Shown here piece after piece: positions 1 through 6,319 of a DNA stretch of 26,808 nt (the first letter of the stretch is position 1; the number at the start of each line of letters is the position of its first letter). The notes below the pieces were generated by a model. That model did no database searches, was not told the origin of the DNA, and saw only the letters and a program-made list of their open reading frames with translations. Source of the stretch: a virus (lineage: Duplodnaviria; Caudoviricetes); the IMG/VR virus record IMGVR_UViG_3300020043_003701, positions 1 through 26,808 of that record; one strand, given 5' to 3'. Made by a program: the position numbers and the translations under genes.

Positions 1-1
1 A

Positions 2-286
2 AGCTCCGATTATAAAAAGTTTGAGCCTTGCGCCCCTTTTGAATGGGCGGCACTATGGGCGGCAATGGAGGCAAGCCCCGCCGCATGGATAGAAACCACG
101 GAGGATATGTATTGGCATATGCTTGAATGCGTCCCGCCCCGCGCTATGAATGGGGGGCGCTTTTTGGTAGGCGAAGCTAATCACCACAATGGCGACGGTG
201 AAAGTGTTTACGCTTCATTCATGCAGCATGGCGGCAAATTTTTTGCAAAGTATGAAACCGTCAAACAATTTAGGGGCGAAGCATGA
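2..286 (+). CDS. Small early phage protein, DUF1419-like (probably 5'-truncated)
   Basis: Frame is open from nt 2; motif WIETTEDMYWHMLECVPP...FLVGE resembles the DUF1419 W-x-E...Y-x-x-MLE-x-x-PP pattern (recalled, not searched); ends in the AGGGGCGAAGCATGA junction. Confidence 0.7.
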   Translation, partial: SSDYKKFEPCAPFEWAALWAAMEASPAAWIETTEDMYWHMLECVPPRAMNGGRFLVGEANHHNGDGESVYASFMQHGGKFFAKYETVKQFRGEA

Positions 287-462
287 ATTTTGAGCAAAAG
301 GAAATTTGCGCCGTTTTGGGCTTTGCGGGGCAATTGCGCCTAAATATCCGCAATGAGCAAGGCGGGGCGACAAAGTGGCTAAACATAAGCGAAGCGCAAG
401 CGCGGGAAATTTTGCGCGTTTTGGGCGATAACGCAAAGGCGGTGCAACATGGCAAAAATTAA
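283..462 (+). CDS. Hypothetical early protein, 59 aa (not in ORF track)
   Basis: ATGA overlap with upstream stop, AGGGG RBS; MNFEQKEICAVLGFAGQLRLNIRNEQGGATKWLNISEAQAREILRVLGDNAKAVQHGKN fills the gap exactly. Confidence 0.75.
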   Translation: MNFEQKEICAVLGFAGQLRLNIRNEQGGATKWLNISEAQAREILRVLGDNAKAVQHGKN

Positions 463-688
463 AACCGTTACCTATACGCTCCCCGCTTTTTGGGCTTGCG
501 CTTTGATAAATAGCGACGAAAGCGGCATGAGCGACGAAGAAAGCGAAGCATTGCAAGCATGGCAAGAAAGCGAAGCCGTGGGCGCTTGCGTGGGTGTAAC
601 GGATAGCGAATTTTTCGCCCCGTGGCATGACGCAATTGCCCTTGCTTTGCCTTGCTCTTGCCTTGAATTTACATTTTTAAAGGGGTAA
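449..688 (+). CDS. Acidic small early phage protein, 79 aa
   Basis: RBS AAGGCGGTG; YTLPAFWACALINSDESGMSDEE resembles a recurrent small phage protein family; D/E-rich centre. Confidence 0.8.
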   Translation: MAKIKTVTYTLPAFWACALINSDESGMSDEESEALQAWQESEAVGACVGVTDSEFFAPWHDAIALALPCSCLEFTFLKG

Positions 689-691
689 ACC

Positions 692-886
692 GTGAAAACT
701 TTTCTATTTTCTGATTCTGATGTATGGCATTTTTCTATTGAAGCCGCCACGTTTAAGGGGGCATTGCTTAAAGCAAAAGCCATTTTCGGCATTGCCGTGG
801 GCTTGCGTTGCGTTGCATATCATGGCGCAAGCCGTGATTATCGGGCAAGCGCCACGGGCTATGAATGCAGCATAAGAGAAATTTAA
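692..886 (+). CDS. Hypothetical early protein, 64 aa
   Basis: GTG start after AAGGGGTAAA RBS; tiles between neighbours. Confidence 0.75.
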   Translation: MKTFLFSDSDVWHFSIEAATFKGALLKAKAIFGIAVGLRCVAYHGASRDYRASATGYECSIREI

Positions 887-896
887 GGGGTAAAAA

Positions 897-1043
897 ATGA
901 CGGTATCAACTGAAAAGACAATTCAAGGCGCGTGGCGGGTTTCGGCTATTGTGGGCGGTTATCTGGTGCAAGAGCAATATTTTGGGTATACAAAACGCGA
1001 AGCCGTGGCAAGGTTCAAAGCGCAACACAAAGGGGGCAAGTAA
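897..1043 (+). CDS. Hypothetical early protein, 48 aa (not in ORF track)
   Basis: AAGGGGTAAA RBS then ATG; MTVSTEKTIQGAWRVSAIVGGYLVQEQYFGYTKREAVARFKAQHKGGK; TAATG overlap with next gene. Confidence 0.8.
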   Translation: MTVSTEKTIQGAWRVSAIVGGYLVQEQYFGYTKREAVARFKAQHKGGK

Positions 1044-1306
1044 TGCAAGCATGGCTACACCACAAAGGCGGGGAAAACGGGCCATTTTTGACGGAGCGCG
1101 TAACGGTTAAAGAGAAGCCGTTACCGTGGCAAGAGCGCGGGCTTATGTATACGGCCACGGGTTACGGGCGCAAGATACCCACGCGCTATATGGTGCAAAG
1201 CGGGGGCAAGTGGCGGCGGGTGTATTGCTGCATTTTTTCTAATATCGGCACGCTCTATATCGGCAAGCTATCGCCGCAAAGCGTAACCGTACAGATTGAA
1301 CACTAA
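1043..1306 (+). CDS. Conserved-type small early phage protein, 87 aa
   Basis: Start reassigned to ATG 1043 (AAGGGGG RBS, TAATG coupling); TATGYGRKIPTRYMV...WRRVYCCIFSN resembles a recurrent phage early family. Confidence 0.85.
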   Translation: MQAWLHHKGGENGPFLTERVTVKEKPLPWQERGLMYTATGYGRKIPTRYMVQSGGKWRRVYCCIFSNIGTLYIGKLSPQSVTVQIEH

Positions 1307-1318
1307 AAAGGGGCAAGC

Positions 1319-1600
1319 ATGAAAAAACAATTCAAGATTAGCGAAGCGGGGGCGCGGCTCTATGCGGCGGGGGTTTCATACCATGCCCACGGCTACACAA
1401 AAAACGCAAGCGGAGAAAGCCTTTTTCAGTTTTTTAAGCTATGCAAAGCGCCCACGGCGGGGCAAGTGGCGGAGCTTTTGAGCTTTTGCCCCCATGTTCA
1501 AATTGTAGAAAGCTCCGCGCAATACGCGCCAGAATTAAAAAGGGCGGTTGCACTTTTTCCCCGCGCTGCATGGTATAGAAAGCAAGGGGCGCAAGCATGA
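1319..1600 (+). CDS. Hypothetical early protein, 93 aa
   Basis: AAGGGGCAAGC-ATG start; coupled to next gene by ATGA. Confidence 0.8.
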   Translation: MKKQFKISEAGARLYAAGVSYHAHGYTKNASGESLFQFFKLCKAPTAGQVAELLSFCPHVQIVESSAQYAPELKRAVALFPRAAWYRKQGAQA

Positions 1601-1779
1601 AACCGTTGATTTTTGGCAAGTGGCATTTTTGGCAAGCCGTGGGCGGCTTTTTGCTATCGGATGAAAACACAAAGCGGCTTTTGAGCTTTAAAACAATTGA
1701 CGCTGCCGTAAATTTTCTATTTTTTGAAGATAGAGAAGCGGCGCGGTATATCAACAAAGCGGCAAAGGGGCAAGCATGA
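1597..1779 (+). CDS. Hypothetical early protein, 60 aa
   Basis: ATGA overlaps at both ends with junction motif. Confidence 0.8.
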   Translation: MKPLIFGKWHFWQAVGGFLLSDENTKRLLSFKTIDAAVNFLFFEDREAARYINKAAKGQA

Positions 1780-1982
1780 AAACCGATTACGAAACAACGG
1801 GCAAGCTATACAAAAAACTAGAAGCCTACACAAAGGGCAACGCTTCGCAAGCCATGCCCGATACGGCGGCGCTCTATTATTTCGGCTCTACCGTACAGTT
1901 TAAAACGTGCAAGAGCTTTAAAGCGTTTTTAGAGCAAAAGCACAAAGGGCATTTTTTCAAAGTTCAAAGGGGGCAAGCATGA
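1776..1982 (+). CDS. Hypothetical basic early protein, 68 aa
   Basis: ATGA overlaps at both ends with junction motif. Confidence 0.8.
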   Translation: MKTDYETTGKLYKKLEAYTKGNASQAMPDTAALYYFGSTVQFKTCKSFKAFLEQKHKGHFFKVQRGQA

Positions 1983-2155
1983 AGAAAAGCATTGCGGCGG
2001 GTAACGTGGGCGCTCTTACGCATGGCGTGGCGGGTTTATGGCGTGTTTTGTCAATTGACGGGGCAACGCTTACACTTGAAAACATAGAAAACGGGCGCAA
2101 GCTATGCACCGTGGCGGGTAACTTTTGGGCTTTGCTTGATAGCTTTGAACCGTAA
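1979..2155 (+). CDS. Hypothetical early protein, 58 aa (not in ORF track)
   Basis: AAGGGGGCAAGC-ATGA start; MKKSIAAGNVGALTHGVAGLWRVLSIDGATLTLENIENGRKLCTVAGNFWALLDSFEP; stop is 15 nt before the terminator. Confidence 0.8.
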   Translation: MKKSIAAGNVGALTHGVAGLWRVLSIDGATLTLENIENGRKLCTVAGNFWALLDSFEP

Positions 2156-2170
2156 CCGATAAACCTAAGC

Positions 2171-2199
2171 AAGCGGGGGCGCTTTCCCCCGCTTTTTTT
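2171..2199 (+). terminator. Rho-independent terminator of the small-gene operon
   Basis: Stem AAGCGGGGG / CCCCCGCTT, loop CGCTTT, run of 7 T; outer pairing AACCTAA (2162-2168) / TTAGGTT (2206-2212). Confidence 0.9.
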
Positions 2200-2249
2200 G
2201 GTTTATTAGGTTAGTAAGCGCTAACTATCAAAAGCCCACAAAGCGCAAG

Positions 2250-2612
2250 CCATGCGGCGGCGCAAGGTTGCAAGCGTGGGCGGGTATTGATAGCAGCGCG
2301 GCGCGTGGGCTTTGCGTGACGCATGGGCGGCTTATATGGGCGCGGCGGCTTTGTGGCGGCTTTGCATATAAAAGGCGCAAGCATGGCGGCGCGGTGTATC
2401 GGTCAAAAGCGGCGCGGCGGCGGTCAAAAAGGCGCGGCGGCGTGGCGTGGGCAAGGTTAAAAAGCGCGGTTTTAGGCGCTTTGCGTGGGTTTCATGCGTG
2501 GCGGCGGGTTATCCGTGGCAAGGGCTAGAAACCCCGCAAAACGGGCAAAAAGCGCGGCGCGGCGTGGCGTGGCGGCGAAGCGGCGCGGCTTTGTGTAGAG
2601 CGTGGCGGCGGG
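2250..2612 (+). repeat. Non-coding, G-skewed degenerate repeat tract of GCGYG/GCG units interspersed with short A-tracts
   Basis: GCGCG GCGCG GCGTG GCGTG GCG at 2552-2574; AAAAAGCGCGG at 2459 and 2547; CGGTCAAAA at 2400 and 2421. Confidence 0.8.
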
Positions 2613-2626
2613 GTTTTTTGTATATG

Positions 2627-2639
2627 AATCAAGCACTTA
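2627..2639 (+). promoter_or_regulatory. Putative IHF binding site
   Basis: AATCAA-GCAC-TTA matches WATCAA-N4-TTR, with an upstream A/T tract (TTTTTTGTATAT). Confidence 0.6.
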
Positions 2640-2664
2640 CACGCGGTTTGCGATATTTTTCTAC

Positions 2665-2693
2665 CCGTGAAACACAAAAAAAATGTTTCACGG
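2665..2693. repeat. Perfect 10-bp inverted repeat around an A-tract
   Basis: CCGTGAAACA-CAAAAAAAA-TGTTTCACGG. Confidence 0.85.
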
Positions 2694-2757
2694 CACTAAA
2701 AAAGCGGTTATTTTTTGACCCCCACCACCCGAGGTTTTTGGAAAAAAAAATGAAGGT

Positions 2758-2937
2758 CTAATTTTCCGCTGGAACTTTTTTTTTGAATTCCAGCACCAAA
2801 TGAGGCTCAATATTTTTTTTCTCACCTTTGTAACCACTTGCGTAAGCAGCCCTTGACACTGCTAGAGCCTTTGCCTTGGTATCGAATGGGCCTTTCGACC
2901 CCCAATACCATTTACCTTTGACGTTACGCAGTGGCAT
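2758..2937 (-). CDS. Small basic phage protein, 59 aa
   Basis: Start reassigned to ATG 2937; MPLRNVKGKWYWGSKGPF...RAAYASGY resembles a recurrent small phage family. Confidence 0.75.
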   Translation of the reverse strand: MPLRNVKGKWYWGSKGPFDTKAKALAVSRAAYASGYKGEKKNIEPHLVLEFKKKVPAEN

Positions 2938-2941
2938 GGGA

Positions 2942-3349
2942 TTACTTGAGGAAGCGCAGCTTGTAGATGGTTGAGTCCACCAAAGCTGCAATCTCGTCTG
3001 CAATGTTCTGCAATTCGCTGTCTTGAGGGAAATTGCCTGAGTTACGGCAGCGAGCCAACTCGTCTTTCAGGTACATCATGTATGACAGGGGTTCTTCTGC
3101 CAGCTTAAACACAGGGCGGTAATCAGTCAACAGACCGTACTTACCTTGGAACGCCTCAACAAATCCGTCCAACAGACCCCCTATGTCTTCGTAAAAACTT
3201 TTGAGTGCTTTATGAGCCGAGTAGCTGGTCGTGGAGAAATGCAGGATGTGAGCGTTGGTGACGCTGTGCAAGAAGCACATCACCATGTCCATCACAGGGT
3301 CGGAGTTCTGTTGGAGTTGTTGCTCAACGCTGGCTGTATATTTCTTCAT
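2942..3349 (-). CDS. Ferritin/Dps-like four-helix protein (DUF5856-like)
   Basis: AHILHF-x4-YSAHKALKSFYE...LDGFVEAFQGKYG...ELQNIADEI...TIYKLRFLK, with His/Asp/Glu spacing as in Dps-type ferroxidase sites. Confidence 0.8.
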   Translation of the reverse strand: MKKYTASVEQQLQQNSDPVMDMVMCFLHSVTNAHILHFSTTSYSAHKALKSFYEDIGGLLDGFVEAFQGKYGLLTDYRPVFKLAEEPLSYMMYLKDELARCRNSGNFPQDSELQNIADEIAALVDSTIYKLRFLK

Positions 3350-3689
3350 TCCAGATTTCCTCGTAGATTGGGTCGAATGGGATAGGGACTTCGGCAGGCC
3401 ACATCCCTGATTGGGTCAATTTTCTCACGGTTCTGTAATGGGCGACAACCCATAGCTTCATTCGTTGTTCACGACTCAATAGGTTGCCTTGGTCAATGGC
3501 GTGGTGACAGGTTGGGCAAAGGGCCGCAATGTGGCTGTCATCAGCTTTGATTGACCTACCCTTGCCTCCACCCCAATTGGTGTGAGCAGCCTGTACGCCG
3601 TAATCTGAGCCACAGGATTGGCAGGATAACTCCCTTACCGCCTTGAGCAGCTTGGGGCTACGGACGTATTCGTGCTTGGGGTACATCAT
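3324..3689 (-). CDS. Zn-binding HNH-like putative nuclease (DUF968/DUF1364 YbcO-like)
   Basis: CQSCG...AAH...GKGRSIKADD...ALCPTCHHAID. Confidence 0.8.
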   Translation of the reverse strand: MMYPKHEYVRSPKLLKAVRELSCQSCGSDYGVQAAHTNWGGGKGRSIKADDSHIAALCPTCHHAIDQGNLLSREQRMKLWVVAHYRTVRKLTQSGMWPAEVPIPFDPIYEEIWNEEIYSQR

Positions 3690-3865
3690 TTATTGGACTC
3701 AGCGTTGTAAACCTCGACGCATTTGAATTGCATACGCCTTGGAGCAAATAGATTGATGCTTTCAGCCACCCGAAAGCACTCAGCAGATGTCGCCAAGTTT
3801 GGGACTGTCACAACATTTGCGCTATTGCCATAGTAGAGCGACATAACCAATAGCCATGATTTCAT
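3686..3865 (-). CDS. Hypothetical protein, 59 aa (not in ORF track)
   Basis: ATGA overlaps at both ends; MKSWLLVMSLYYGNSANVVTVPNLATSAECFRVAESINLFAPRRMQFKCVEVYNAESNK. Confidence 0.7.
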   Translation of the reverse strand: MKSWLLVMSLYYGNSANVVTVPNLATSAECFRVAESINLFAPRRMQFKCVEVYNAESNK

Positions 3866-4149
3866 GCTTCACCTCTTGCTCGGATTGCCTCGGCGCAATG
3901 TTGTGCCATCCACTCACTGCCCATACGCAAAGCTGTATGTTCACATTCTTTTGCACACGCTTCTCGCTCCTCCTTAATTGCCAATCTTGCTATCTTTACG
4001 GCATGACCAGCAAACTCCTCGCGCTCCTTTTGAACACCTCGGTTATAAGCCTCGGCTATCAATAACTGGATGCGCTCATGCAATAGCTTGGCATCGCTTT
4101 CAAGGATGGATATGCCAAAGTGTTCGGCCATCATGCGGCTGTGACTCAT
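3862..4149 (-). CDS. Mosaic nin-region protein (EREACA...CA-x-AIRARG type)
   Basis: KEEREACAKECE...CAEAIRARGEA C-terminal module; ATGA coupling. Confidence 0.8.
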   Translation of the reverse strand: MSHSRMMAEHFGISILESDAKLLHERIQLLIAEAYNRGVQKEREEFAGHAVKIARLAIKEEREACAKECEHTALRMGSEWMAQHCAEAIRARGEA

Positions 4150-4412
4150 GCTTCACCTCTTGCTTCTAACCATCCGCCAAATTTGCTTACTTCTGGCATT
4201 GAGATATGAAAAAGTCTTGATGCTTCCTCGTTTAAAAATTTAACTCCATGCTCCAAGTCGGATTGAACACAAGACCAATACTCATCTGTTATGGCCTCAC
4301 GCTCTTTAGCTGCTACCAGTTTGGCAAAGGCTTCAAGATACTCACATCGTCCATCAAGCCACGCTGGTGGAACTGTCTGTCTAGCCATTTCCATGATTTC
4401 ATTTCGTGTCAT
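4146..4412 (-). CDS. Mosaic nin-region protein (MTR-x-EI-x-x-MAR...FAKLVAAKERE type)
   Basis: Conserved-type N-terminus, LEAFAKLVAAKEREA, ends ARGEA like its neighbour. Confidence 0.8.
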   Translation of the reverse strand: MTRNEIMEMARQTVPPAWLDGRCEYLEAFAKLVAAKEREAITDEYWSCVQSDLEHGVKFLNEEASRLFHISMPEVSKFGGWLEARGEA

Positions 4413-4420
4413 GTCATACC

Positions 4421-4882
4421 CTATTCAATGTGCGTCACATACTTGCCATGCGACTTTAGGTAGTTACGGGTCTTCTCAATCATCTGTTGGTACTTGGCCC
4501 TTGAGACACTGGTTCTTTGAAGGTCATGGTATTCCATGATGTCACCCAATGCTTTTAGACCTTCACCTGTCAAACCCATTGACTTTGTGGCTTGGTATCG
4601 TTTGGCAGCGCGGTATAGGGCTTCGTTGGCAATTTCGCAATGCTCTAAGACCTCTGGGCCAATGCCGTTCCTGCCCATTGTTTCAGCAATGTTCATCATG
4701 TCCACAAGGATTTGCCACTCCTGAACACCAGCCTCACCCGTCTTCATGGCTTCCAATGAGCGAAGTTCACCAACGCGAAGCTCATTTAATGAGCCTGAGT
4801 CAGTAATGCAAGCGCCAGCAATGGCGTGGGCAATGGGGTTTATTTCGGTAGACCATACACGGCGGCGGCAACGTTTACGCAT
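4421..4882 (-). CDS. Conserved-type hypothetical phage protein, 153 aa
   Basis: Start reassigned to MRKRCRRRVW (RBS AAGGAG); alpha-helical; overlaps upstream stop. Confidence 0.8.
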   Translation of the reverse strand: MRKRCRRRVWSTEINPIAHAIAGACITDSGSLNELRVGELRSLEAMKTGEAGVQEWQILVDMMNIAETMGRNGIGPEVLEHCEIANEALYRAAKRYQATKSMGLTGEGLKALGDIMEYHDLQRTSVSRAKYQQMIEKTRNYLKSHGKYVTHIE

Positions 4883-5327
4883 TGTTCTTCTCCTTGAGTT
4901 TGGCTTCAATGGCTCGACCCCAAATAAGGCGCTGCTCTCCAACCCATCCTGCATAACCTATTGCAACTTTTTCGGATTGTTTTATAGCGTCACGTATCTC
5001 ATCATCCGTCAGCCCAACCCATGTGCGTTGTTGTGGTGTGGTGTAGAGAGGTCGCCATTCGTAAGGAATATGGTCACAAGCCTCTGCCTGCGCCTCATCA
5101 ATGGTTCGATAGCGGCATGGATACCAATTTGTCCATTCGGTTACTACACCATCTTGCATCCGTCTTGCTTGTCGTTCTTGCCACGCCACAGGCTCACCCT
5201 GCTCTTGCTTGGCTAGTGCTTCTTCTAGGGCTTTGATGGCTAATTTACGAGTGCATTTGCAATCATCATCACAAACATCAGACATTAGCAACGCCTCAAG
5301 CGCCAGCTTCATTGCTTCTTTACTCAT
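4875..5327 (-). CDS. Mosaic nin-region protein, 150 aa (EPVAW...PLYT...WVGLT...RAIEAKLKEKN type)
   Basis: Start reassigned to MSKEAMKLALEAL (ATGA overlap); short conserved-type modules separated by variable segments. Confidence 0.85.
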   Translation of the reverse strand: MSKEAMKLALEALLMSDVCDDDCKCTRKLAIKALEEALAKQEQGEPVAWQERQARRMQDGVVTEWTNWYPCRYRTIDEAQAEACDHIPYEWRPLYTTPQQRTWVGLTDDEIRDAIKQSEKVAIGYAGWVGEQRLIWGRAIEAKLKEKNNA

Positions 5328-5434
5328 AGCGGTGCATCCTCTGCTTGTTGGCGCTGTTCTTGCGCGTATTGTTTGATTTGTTTGGCAGTCCAAGGCACTG
5401 CGCCTGTTGCTGGTGGGAAAGGCCAATTGCTCAT
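5324..5434 (-). CDS. Small protein, 36 aa (not in ORF track)
   Basis: MSNWPFPPATGAVPWTAKQIKQYAQEQRQQAEDAPL; ATGA overlaps at both ends. Confidence 0.75.
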   Translation of the reverse strand: MSNWPFPPATGAVPWTAKQIKQYAQEQRQQAEDAPL

Positions 5435-5634
5435 GGCTTAACCCTCGCCATAATTTCTCCATGCGCCCAAGCACATTCGGCTGCGGTCTGTCGAAGCTCT
5501 TGCGCTTGCTTTTCGCTGGCATGATGCTTGATTGACTGTTCCAGAATCATCTTCAAGAAAACAGGGGCAGATGCCACAGCAATATCTCGAACCAACTGTT
5601 CACGCTCACGGCGTTTTTGTTTCCACTTTGTCAT
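5431..5634 (-). CDS. Hypothetical protein, 67 aa
   Basis: AGGA RBS, tiles into operon. Confidence 0.7.
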   Translation of the reverse strand: MTKWKQKRREREQLVRDIAVASAPVFLKMILEQSIKHHASEKQAQELRQTAAECAWAHGEIMARVKP

Positions 5635-5687
5635 ATCTTGTCCTATTTTGTGTAACCCTTGATTGGGTTGAGATAACTATACCATAG

Positions 5688-6107
5688 TTATTGCCAATCT
5701 GGTTCTTTGATGTCGATTCCGTTGGTTGCAGACCACATTAGCAGCCATTCGATGAACTCAGCGCCTTCGGCCTTGGTGAACTTGCGACTTTGAATGCCTA
5801 GTTGAATGACATCCCCTCCATCCAATGAAGCGACCAAATCTCCTCGATTACGCCCAGAGTCTTTGGCCCATTGGTCAATGAGAAGTCGTTTCCACGCTTC
5901 AACGTCCCATTTCGCTCCTGCGTGGCTTGCCTGCTTCGCAATCTGCCCAATGATGGCGTGGAATTTCTTGTTTTGCGGGTCACTGCGATGTTCCTCAGTG
6001 ACCTCCAATATGACTTTCTTGCCGCCATAGATTGATTCCTTCACAATGTTCCACACCGCCAACATGGTGGCGTGGGCTTGCTTTTCTTCGTAGAGCTTGT
6101 ACTTCAT
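5688..6107 (-). CDS. ninB: NinB/Orf family recombination protein
   Basis: RS-x-x-QN-x-KFHAII-x-x-IAKQ, W-x-x-EAWK, SRKFTKAE-x-x-EFIEWL motifs. Confidence 0.85.
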   Translation of the reverse strand: MKYKLYEEKQAHATMLAVWNIVKESIYGGKKVILEVTEEHRSDPQNKKFHAIIGQIAKQASHAGAKWDVEAWKRLLIDQWAKDSGRNRGDLVASLDGGDVIQLGIQSRKFTKAEGAEFIEWLLMWSATNGIDIKEPDWQ

Positions 6108-6316
6108 GGCAGTGAGTTCTTAAAACAAATCCAAAAGTCAGAACCTTCTTTTGTTTTAGCCCAGTCTTGAAAAGCATAAACGGTTGATTCCATATCACGC
6201 TTTTTTGCGGAGACTTTAGGCTGTACCGCTTGTGCCGCAATCGAAGCAGCAATGAGGTCTGGAAACCCCATCACTTTCAATTTTTCGTAGTATGTCTGTC
6301 TTGTCTTGTTGCACAT
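6104..6316 (-). CDS. Hypothetical protein, 70 aa
   Basis: Tiles between neighbours; GGAG RBS; ATGA overlap. Confidence 0.7.
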   Translation of the reverse strand: MCNKTRQTYYEKLKVMGFPDLIAASIAAQAVQPKVSAKKRDMESTVYAFQDWAKTKEGSDFWICFKNSLP

Positions 6317-6319
6317 GGA

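Noticed and set aside
300-426. Imperfect 22-nt repeat GGAAATTT(T)GCGC(C)GTTTTGGGC at 300 and 405
   Set aside because: Only two copies inside one ORF (EICAVLG / EILRVLG); explained by a small internal duplication or the restricted vocabulary
932-1042. N-terminal extension of the 124-aa ORF 932-1306
   Set aside because: Overlaps a better-supported ORF (897-1043); ATG 1043 has the RBS and TAATG coupling
272-1982. Repeated linker as a CRISPR array or integron attC sites
   Set aside because: Repeats are only about 15 nt, non-palindromic, spaced 180-750 nt and separated by whole ORFs; no cas or integrase gene in view
215-2172. Minus-strand ORFs in the island (215-628, 270-455, 472-792, 1434-1757, 1957-2172)
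   Set aside because: Shadows of a fully tiled plus-strand operon; no RBS or family motifs
2268-2761. ORFs 2268-2528 and 2447-2761 (Arg/Gly/Ala/Trp-rich)
   Set aside because: They lie after the terminator, lack the operon RBS, and read as translations of the GCGYG repeat tract
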